From assembly GCA_020059465.1 (NCBI GenBank), contig JAGVBZ010000041.1, positions 9,112 through 73,111 of the forward strand: a stretch of DNA of 64,000 bases. The letters are read 5' to 3'. The position numbers were made by a program, and so were the translations under genes. This document shows positions 57,816 to 64,000 of the stretch, in pieces (position 1 is the stretch's first letter; each line of letters begins with the position of its first letter). This DNA is from Brevinematales bacterium. GTDB taxonomy: Bacteria; Spirochaetota; Brevinematia; Brevinematales; GWF1-51-8. The notes beneath the pieces are model-generated. The model saw only the letters and a program-made list of their open reading frames with translations. It did not search any database and was not told the origin of the DNA.

Positions 57816-58093
57816 TCTACGCGCGGATTGTCTGTAAGCCATTCCGTATCAAGAACATCCCCGAAAATAAAATCGACCGTTTTCAATATGAGGAAGTCCT
57901 CGGACTGGGGTATCATCCCGAAACCTACAAAGCGAAACGCCGCGCGCTGTTGTCCGGCCTTCCGCGTATCGCTATCGACGGTTCATTCGGCGATCGTTCC
58001 GAGATCGAGTCCGTTCGTCAGTCTCTCCGCACCGGGGAACGCGGCGACGGGAAAATCTTTGTCCTGCCAGTCGATAACGTCATCGAGTTTTAG
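57812..58093 (+). CDS. short P-II-like protein
   Basis: C-terminus RTGERGDGKIFVLPVDNVIEF parallels the PII motif TG..GDGKIFV.PV...I. The N-terminus ARIVCKPFRI parallels AIIRPFK. It is only 93 aa, so the T-loop region is shortened. 4-nt overlap with the Crp-like gene. Confidence 0.55.
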   Translation: MIYARIVCKPFRIKNIPENKIDRFQYEEVLGLGYHPETYKAKRRALLSGLPRIAIDGSFGDRSEIESVRQSLRTGERGDGKIFVLPVDNVIEF

Positions 58094-58377
58094 CGCTTTC
58101 CTCATGCCTCGTATAGGATATGGGATACCGTATGAGTGCGTCCAAAGGCAGAGTTGGGATATTTTTTACTATATTTTTTCCGTCATGCCGAGCCTGTCGA
58201 GACATAAGCGCATGTCATAGTAAAAATCATTAAGTGAGGGATTACCACTCTGGACTGATTTTCACACATTCGCTACTTACCCGTCGGAGACAAGCGAGGG
58301 CACACGGATTATACGGATTAGTGAATACACACCGATAGAAAAAGCCCCGCTTTCGGGCTTGATGACAAACTGTTTTT

Positions 58378-58467
58378 GTCATTGCGAGGCTTATACCGAA
58401 GCAATCTGTTTTACTGCCGTCTAAGGAATTTAACAGACTGCTTCGCCGCGTTGTGTCTCGCAGTGAC
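58378..58467. repeat. ~90-nt imperfect palindromic intergenic element, copy 2 (inverted relative to copy 1)
   Basis: gtcattgcgaggcttataccgaagcaatctgttttac...taacagactgcttcgccgcgttgtgtctcgcagtgac aligns with the reverse complement of 16362-16450. Confidence 0.75.
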
Positions 58468-58669
58468 AAAAATTCTCTAAAGTACCCTTTTGGGACAGCC
58501 CCGTGTATCCGTAAAATCTGCGCGAATCAGTGTACTATCGGGGTAATTCCACCCCAATTCCACACGGATGGTTCGACTACGCTCACCACAAGTTGCGCGG
58601 ATTATGCGGAGGGTCACGAATTAAAAAGCCCCACTGGCTCGATGCGGGCGGGGCTGAAAATTTACTTCT

Positions 58670-58713
58670 GGTCACTTCTATCTACCGCCGATTTGCGGTG
58701 GATAGGAAGTGAC
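58670..58713 (-). terminator. long hairpin immediately downstream of leuA
   Basis: ggtcacttctatctaccg pairs with cggtggataggaagtgacc (about 17 bp, one bulge, one mismatch). It starts 20 nt after the leuA stop. The tail is only moderately T-rich. Confidence 0.45.
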
Positions 58714-58732
58714 CATTGGATGTATTTTTCGA

Positions 58733-60301
58733 TTAATATTTAATTTTTATTTCCTCAATATTAACTTGGTTTTTTGAGCCGCCCGTAGTCTTTTTTTCCA
58801 TATAGATGATCTTATTGACCGCGTTGACATACGCCTTCGCCGACGCCATGAGAATATCGGTAGAGGATGCGTGCCCGGAGTACGTATGCCCGTCGCGGCG
58901 CATAGTGACCGAAACCTCGCCCATCGCGTCCTGTCCGGCGGATATCGAGGTCACTTCGTAATCCTCCAGTTCCACCCCGATCTTGGTAATCCGGTCGATC
59001 GCTTTGTAAATCGCGTCCACAGGCCCGTTGCCGGTCGCGGCTTCCTCATAGGTATCCCCCGCGTGCTCGATCACCACAGTCGCCGTGGGGATCGCCTGGT
59101 TGCCGCTGACAATCTGAACCTGCTGGATACCGTATATTTCGGCGACCTGTACGCCGGTGTTTTCTTCCATAATCGCGATCAGTTCGTCGTCGTACACCGC
59201 TTTTTTCTTATCCGCCAATTCCTGAAATCTCACGAATACGCGGTCGAAATCCTCCGCGGACAATTCGTATCCCAGCTCTTTCAGGCGGACTTTCAGGCCA
59301 TGCCTTCCGGAATGCCGTCCCAGTACGATTTCCGACGACGGCCGCCCGATCTGCTCGGGGGTCATGATCTCGTAGGTGCTGCGTTCCTTCAGGAATCCGT
59401 CCTGGTGGATACCGGATTCGTGCGAGAACGCGTTCTTTCCGACTATCGGTTTGTACGGGGACACCGGAATTCCGATAATGGAAATCAACAGCTTGGACGA
59501 TTTATAAATCTCCTTAGTGTTGATACCGTACTCATAGGGGAAAATGTCCTTGCGGATTGCCATAGACATAATCACCTCTTCCAGCGCGGCGTTACCGGCG
59601 CGTTCGCCGATCCCGTTCACCGAAACCTCTACCTGCCGCGCCCCGGCCTGCACCGCCGCCAGCGAGTTCGCCGACGCCAATCCCAGATCGTTATGACAAT
59701 GCACGCTGATGATTGCTTTATCGATATTCGTCACCTTGTCGAACAAATTCGCGATGATCTTCTGGAACTCCGTGGGGAACGTGTACCCGACTGTATCGGG
59801 AATATTAATCGTAGTCGCCCCCGCGCCGATAGCCGCCTGAACCACCTCGCACAGGAAATCCGGCTCAGTGCGTGTCGCGTCCTCGGCGGAAAATTCCACA
59901 TCCTGGGTAAATGTCCGGGCGTACTCCACCGCATGCACGGCGCGCTTCAGCACTTCCTCTTTACTCATCCGCAGTTTGTGCTCGCGGTGAATGGGCGAGG
60001 TCGCGATGAACGTATGGATTCTGTGATGCGCCGCGGTCGATATCGCCTTACCCGCCGCCTCGATATCGCCGTCGACCGCGCGGGCCAGCGAGCAGATGAC
60101 TGGCTTACGTACCTCGTCCGCAATCATGCGGATCGCGTCGAACTGTACCGGTGACGATACCGCGAATCCGGCCTCGATAATGTCCACGTTCAGTAATTCC
60201 AACTGCTTGGCGAATTTCAGCTTCTCCATCGGCCCCATACTCGCGCCGGGAGACTGTTCGCCGTCCCTTAATGTCGTATCGAAAATATATACTTTATCCA
60301 T
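58733..60301 (-). CDS. leuA: 2-isopropylmalate synthase
   Basis: MDKVYIFDTTLRDGEQSPGASM...HCHNDLGLA...HESGIHQDG, with a C-terminal LeuA dimerisation/regulatory domain. Confidence 0.95.
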   Translation of the reverse strand: MDKVYIFDTTLRDGEQSPGASMGPMEKLKFAKQLELLNVDIIEAGFAVSSPVQFDAIRMIADEVRKPVICSLARAVDGDIEAAGKAISTAAHHRIHTFIATSPIHREHKLRMSKEEVLKRAVHAVEYARTFTQDVEFSAEDATRTEPDFLCEVVQAAIGAGATTINIPDTVGYTFPTEFQKIIANLFDKVTNIDKAIISVHCHNDLGLASANSLAAVQAGARQVEVSVNGIGERAGNAALEEVIMSMAIRKDIFPYEYGINTKEIYKSSKLLISIIGIPVSPYKPIVGKNAFSHESGIHQDGFLKERSTYEIMTPEQIGRPSSEIVLGRHSGRHGLKVRLKELGYELSAEDFDRVFVRFQELADKKKAVYDDELIAIMEENTGVQVAEIYGIQQVQIVSGNQAIPTATVVIEHAGDTYEEAATGNGPVDAIYKAIDRITKIGVELEDYEVTSISAGQDAMGEVSVTMRRDGHTYSGHASSTDILMASAKAYVNAVNKIIYMEKKTTGGSKNQVNIEEIKIKY

Positions 60302-60470
60302 TGAAATCTCCTATGTTATGTTTTTAGATGCATGAAAATATTATTTTATGAATTGGAACCGCCTTGCGGTTCATAGCGTGTTGGACAGAAGGAGGGTAAA
60401 CGATATTTCTATGCCGTGTATGCAAAAACTGTGGATAGCCCCATGATTCAGCTCCTAAGCTTGATGCGAT

Positions 60471-60479
60471 ATTTTACCA
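60471..60479 (-). promoter_or_regulatory. candidate extended -10 element (TGGTAAAAT) upstream of leuA
   Basis: The minus strand reads ttgtaaacaTGgTAAAATatcgc, about 170 nt before the leuA ATG. Confidence 0.3.
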
Positions 60480-60650
60480 TGTTTACAAAAATATATCAAG
60501 GTACTGCGTGTACTGCGTACGCTAAACCCATTACGAACGCGGGTCTTATGCCGGTCGTTAGCCTGCGGCGAACCATTCGTTAAACTCCGCCGTGCGCTGG
60601 CACCTGTGTGTACTGCGTAGACAAATCATTAGCCGGGCGGATGATATTAT

Positions 60651-61088
60651 CTATCGTAAGTCCGCCTTCCCGGCTTTAGGAAATCCCGCGGGGTATTCCG
60701 CTTCGACCTTCGTACCGATTCCCCCGCGCCGGTTCCATTCGGCGGTAACATTGATATAACGGGGTTTGACCGCCTCGACAAAATCATCGAGTATCTTATT
60801 GGTCGCGTTCTCCTGAAATATTCCCAGATTCCGGTATCCGTTGAGATAGAGTTTCAGCGCCTTCTCCTCTACCAGATAATCTCCCGGAATATACTGGATC
60901 GACAGGCTCGCGAAATCGGGCAGTCCGGTCTTCGGGCAAATCGACGTAAATTCGTCGGTAAAATACTCCACCCAGTAATCCCGGTCGCGGTACACGTTCT
61001 CGATCACTTCCAGGGCGGGTTCTATCTTTAGTCCGGGTATTTCGTTCTGCAGCCCGGAGTAATCCATGCTCTCATTGTTTTTCGGCAT
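60651..61088 (-). CDS. queF: NADPH-dependent 7-cyano-7-deazaguanine reductase
   Basis: EFTSICPKTGLPDFASLSIQYIP (catalytic Cys context) and the E..LK.YL..(Y/F)R motif. Confidence 0.9.
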   Translation of the reverse strand: MPKNNESMDYSGLQNEIPGLKIEPALEVIENVYRDRDYWVEYFTDEFTSICPKTGLPDFASLSIQYIPGDYLVEEKALKLYLNGYRNLGIFQENATNKILDDFVEAVKPRYINVTAEWNRRGGIGTKVEAEYPAGFPKAGKADLR

Positions 61089-61251
61089 ATTTACCTCGTT
61101 ATTTTATCAAGTATTATAAAAGACGATGGCTTTTCTGTCAAAATCCTTTTTTCCGCTTGATTAAATGATATTTTTTACCGAAAATAGATAAGGTCTTGAC
61201 AAAATTCAAAAATAATTCAGAATATATATGAATGAGATTTGAACGGAGGAA

Positions 61252-61740
61252 ATGATGAAATTTGGAGAGGTGTTGTTAAAACTGGGAATGATAAACGATC
61301 ACCAGTTGGATATAGCGCTTAAGGAACAGGAATATAACTTAAAATCCGTGGGTTATTCGGAACCTTTGGGGAATATCCTGCTGCGTAACGCGATCATAAA
61401 CGACGACCAGCATGTTACCGGGCTGATCGAGTACTTCAAGATACTTTCCGAGAACGAGAGCGAACCCTCCTACGTCCGCGAGACCGCAAAAGTTGCGTTT
61501 AACGCTATGGCAAACCGCTCCCGTGAAAACAGCATATCCGATGAAACAAAGATCATCATTCTCCAGAAAATCAACGAATATGAGGATAAAATCGGGCAAT
61601 TTAATAAATCTATCGCTACTTTGAGTAAAATGGAACAGAAAAAAGTTATAGTCGAGACTGTCGATAAAGAGAAGAAAGAAATAGACCGGTTAATCGCCAA
61701 AATCGAACTTCTCAGGAAAGACCTGGAACAGTTCGCGTAA
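61252..61740 (+). CDS. small protein with MshEN/T2SSE_N-like N-terminal motif and coiled-coil C-terminus
   Basis: KFGEVLLKLGMINDHQLDIALKEQ fits the RLGxxLLxxGLIxxxxLxxALxxQ pattern. A second, weaker copy is PLGNILLRNAIINDDQ. Confidence 0.5.
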   Translation: MMKFGEVLLKLGMINDHQLDIALKEQEYNLKSVGYSEPLGNILLRNAIINDDQHVTGLIEYFKILSENESEPSYVRETAKVAFNAMANRSRENSISDETKIIILQKINEYEDKIGQFNKSIATLSKMEQKKVIVETVDKEKKEIDRLIAKIELLRKDLEQFA

Positions 61741-61751
61741 ACGGGGAAATT

Positions 61752-62318
61752 ATGAGGGGAAATCTCGCAGCGCAGTATTTCATTTCGTTCGCTTTTTTCA
61801 TAGTTTTTGCTTTCAATACCTGTTTCGGCCTCAAGAAAGAATTCAATTTCATGGGTATCAAACTCGGGATGACAGGAACGGAGATTTCCAACTCGGTCGC
61901 GAAAAGCGACAACCTGAAAATCGACGACAGCCGATTCCTCGGTAAAATCAACGAAGCGATTCCCTATACCCTAAAAATAGATTCTCATCCGTTCATACAA
62001 AATATCTATATCCAATTCTATCAGGGAAAATCGTTTCTGATCACCATTCTATTAAACGAGAAATACTTCGATTTCTACTACCTCACCGAGAAACTCGAAG
62101 ATAAATACGGTATTCCCATATTAAAAACATCAAAAAGCGTTAAATGGGAAAGCGGCACCGATAATGTCCGCCTTGTCCTCGAAAAACCATCCACCATCAA
62201 GGTTTTCGATATGTTCATCATGAAAAAACTCCAGACGGAAATCTCCCAGAAAAACTACCTGATGACAAACAATTCTATTCTCCAATACGAAAAGAACCTG
62301 ATCCTCGACGAATTATAG
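61752..62318 (+). CDS. hypothetical protein with N-terminal hydrophobic segment
   Basis: ORF with a signal/anchor-like N-terminus (FISFAFFIVFAFNTCFG). No family recognised. Confidence 0.45.
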   Translation: MRGNLAAQYFISFAFFIVFAFNTCFGLKKEFNFMGIKLGMTGTEISNSVAKSDNLKIDDSRFLGKINEAIPYTLKIDSHPFIQNIYIQFYQGKSFLITILLNEKYFDFYYLTEKLEDKYGIPILKTSKSVKWESGTDNVRLVLEKPSTIKVFDMFIMKKLQTEISQKNYLMTNNSILQYEKNLILDEL

Positions 62319-62326
62319 GAGTAACG

Positions 62327-62746
62327 ATGGTAAAAACATCGTCAGTATCCGTCCGTACGCGCGGACAGTTCGATATCATCAATATCACGGATGAAATCCG
62401 GGGTATCACGGACAATTCGGGAGTTTCCAACGGTATCGTAAACGTATTCTGCGCCGGCTCCACCGGCGCGATTACGACTATCGAGTACGAACCCGGTCTG
62501 AAGGCGGATATCAAGGATTACTTCGGCAAAATGTTCCCCCGCGGCGAGTTTTATCAGCATCATGAGACATGGGGGGACGACAACGGAAGCGGGCATCTCC
62601 TGAGCGCGCTCATCAAAACCTCGTTCACTGTGCCAATAGTCAATAAACGCCTCACCCTCGGGACATGGCAGCAGATCGTATTTATCGAATGCGACACCCG
62701 TTCCCGTTCGCGCGACCTGATTGTCCAGATAGTCGGCGACTGCTGA
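62327..62746 (+). CDS. YjbQ/UPF0047 family protein (second paralog)
   Basis: FDIINITDEIRGI...GIVNVFCAGSTGAITTIEYEPG...H...GHLLS...LGTWQQI is typical of the family. Confidence 0.8.
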   Translation: MVKTSSVSVRTRGQFDIINITDEIRGITDNSGVSNGIVNVFCAGSTGAITTIEYEPGLKADIKDYFGKMFPRGEFYQHHETWGDDNGSGHLLSALIKTSFTVPIVNKRLTLGTWQQIVFIECDTRSRSRDLIVQIVGDC

Positions 62747-62843
62747 GCAGACTAACCCCGATATCAATCCGATCAATATTATCTGCATATAGCCCGTATA
62801 AACACTGCGTCTGAGCGAGCTTGCCGATTTACGGCACCCGCAA

Positions 62844-62871
62844 TAAAAAAACCCCGCCCTTGCGGACGGGG
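62844..62871 (-). terminator. rho-independent terminator after the 62895-63809 gene
   Basis: The minus strand reads ccccgtcc-gcaa-gggcgggg, followed by tttttttatt. Confidence 0.7.
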
Positions 62872-62894
62872 ATAATCTCTCCCTTCTCCCTGAA

Positions 62895-63809
62895 CTATAT
62901 CTGAATCTCTTCTTTTAGCATTTCAGCGGGCTTAAGAAGCTCGAATTCACTCTCGGTCTCTGGAAGTATGGTCGCAATACCCGCCTCGACCATCACCTTA
63001 TTCTTGTAGCCCTTTGTGTAAAGTTCCTCCTGTACCAGCTTGACTACACGCTTGAAAAGCCCATGCCCGGCCGCCTGTGTGATCGGCGCCAGTACGGCGA
63101 AATTATTAACATTATCAAAATGTGAAATCAGGTCAATGTCGCGGACACCGTTCGCGATACGCTTGTATATTCCGGCGAGAAGCTTTTTCTCACGAGGGGG
63201 TAAGGTAACCGTCAGGTTGAGCAATGAAAGAGCGGTGCCGTAACGCTTCGATTCCTCGAAACGCAGACCTAAGCCGGATAAGAACGCGTCACGCTCGGCA
63301 AGTATCACCCAATCGCGCCGTGCGAATAACCGCAGGAGAAAGTATGAAATCAGCTTCCACCATCCGTTAAACAGATACGAAAAAGCGACGGAGATCAGGA
63401 ATATCAGAATGATAGCGGCAACCACGTTTACCTGAATCCCCTTCTGCGCGGATGTCCAATCGGGAAGAAAGAAATATAATAAAACAAGAGTGAAAAGAAT
63501 AATATAAATCGGATAAGAAAACACACCGGCGATAAAAATATGCGAACCGGTTTTATCGTAGAGGTGAAATTCTTCTTTTTTAGTGAAATAAATAGCAATC
63601 CCTAAACCGATAAATACGATTGAAAGTGTGATAAGCTGGTCGGGCTGAATAGTAAAAAAACCGGCAAAATGGAGAAATCCTAATGTGATAAACATGCCGG
63701 ATAAGGCGGCGACAATACTGGAAAGAATTGCTAAAATTATATTGGTTTCCCCGAAGAGATAATGCAGCATCTCGTCTCTGGAAACCTTTAAGGTTTTTTG
63801 AATAACCAT
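62895..63809 (-). CDS. polytopic membrane protein with C-terminal degenerate GGDEF-like domain
   Basis: Five or six TM segments. The cytoplasmic tail has a GGDEF-fold layout, but the signature position reads HFDNVNNFAVLAP. Confidence 0.45.
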   Translation of the reverse strand: MVIQKTLKVSRDEMLHYLFGETNIILAILSSIVAALSGMFITLGFLHFAGFFTIQPDQLITLSIVFIGLGIAIYFTKKEEFHLYDKTGSHIFIAGVFSYPIYIILFTLVLLYFFLPDWTSAQKGIQVNVVAAIILIFLISVAFSYLFNGWWKLISYFLLRLFARRDWVILAERDAFLSGLGLRFEESKRYGTALSLLNLTVTLPPREKKLLAGIYKRIANGVRDIDLISHFDNVNNFAVLAPITQAAGHGLFKRVVKLVQEELYTKGYKNKVMVEAGIATILPETESEFELLKPAEMLKEEIQI

Positions 63810-63909
63810 GGGTTTGTTTCCTCCTTTTCCCGCATCATCATCATAAAATAATTCATGATTTTGTCAAGAGAAAATATTAAATTTATGGCGGGGAAACACA
63901 TGAAATATA

Positions 63910-64000
63910 CTAAGCCCTGCTCTCCAGCATCCGTACCATCTCGGCGCGAACTTCATCTTTGTTCTTTCCGACTGACAATGCGATTTCGCTGATCAGCATA
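63910..64000 (-). CDS. 3' end of a gene truncated by the window edge (small winged-helix/FeoC-like tail?)
   Basis: My own translation gives ...MLISEIALSVGKNKDEVRAEMVRMLESRA, then a stop. It is too short to assign. Confidence 0.3.
   Translation of the reverse strand, partial: MLISEIALSVGKNKDEVRAEMVRMLESRA

Noticed and set aside
58555-58600. ggatggttcgactacgctcaccac looked like a tRNA/tmRNA T-arm plus an ACCA end
   Set aside because: The flanking bases do not form a T stem or an acceptor stem, and no cloverleaf or tmRNA 5' partner is nearby.
58871-60154. 427-aa plus-strand ORF covering most of leuA
   Set aside because: The minus-strand frame encodes a full-length 2-isopropylmalate synthase. 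The plus-strand product is low-complexity (R/H/D/L-rich) with no motifs.

Overview
This looks like a chromosomal segment from a probable spirochaete. The evidence is two tandem FlaA-like filament-sheath genes plus many PilZ, cNMP and GGDEF-type signalling genes, and this is an inference from gene content. Most of the window is tightly packed housekeeping. It includes panD, rdgB-udg-priA-mrdA-rodA, a ymdB-like gene and tlyA, tRNA-Phe, rpmH-rnpA-yidD, queC, ribE, gatC-trmB, ubiB, alaA, leuA and queF. I found no rRNA genes, CRISPR arrays, transposases or integrases.

The accessory or unusual content is:
1. An AT-rich type II restriction-modification gene pair (21044-23121) bracketed by ~33-nt direct repeats that duplicate the 5' UTR of the downstream gene.
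2. A frameshifted GxxExxY-family gene bracketed by 51-nt direct repeats, inserted between the second and third of three tandem esterase paralogs.
3. A ~90-nt imperfect palindromic element present twice in opposite orientations.
4. A three-gene [FeFe]-hydrogenase locus. Its NuoF-like subunit is fused to a GltD/NfnB-like NAD(P)H oxidoreductase module, and its catalytic subunit reads TSCSPGW where TSCCPxW is canonical.
5. An RCK-gated channel whose pore reads TTIGISEP, which resembles CNG/NaK pores rather than K+-selective ones.
6. Several second-messenger gene clusters, including a cNMP-binding/Crp/short PII-like operon.

I did not find a clear-cut new multi-gene defence or other system. The hydrogenase fusion and the repeat-bracketed insertions are the best leads. 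All family assignments come from motif recognition by eye. No searches were run.
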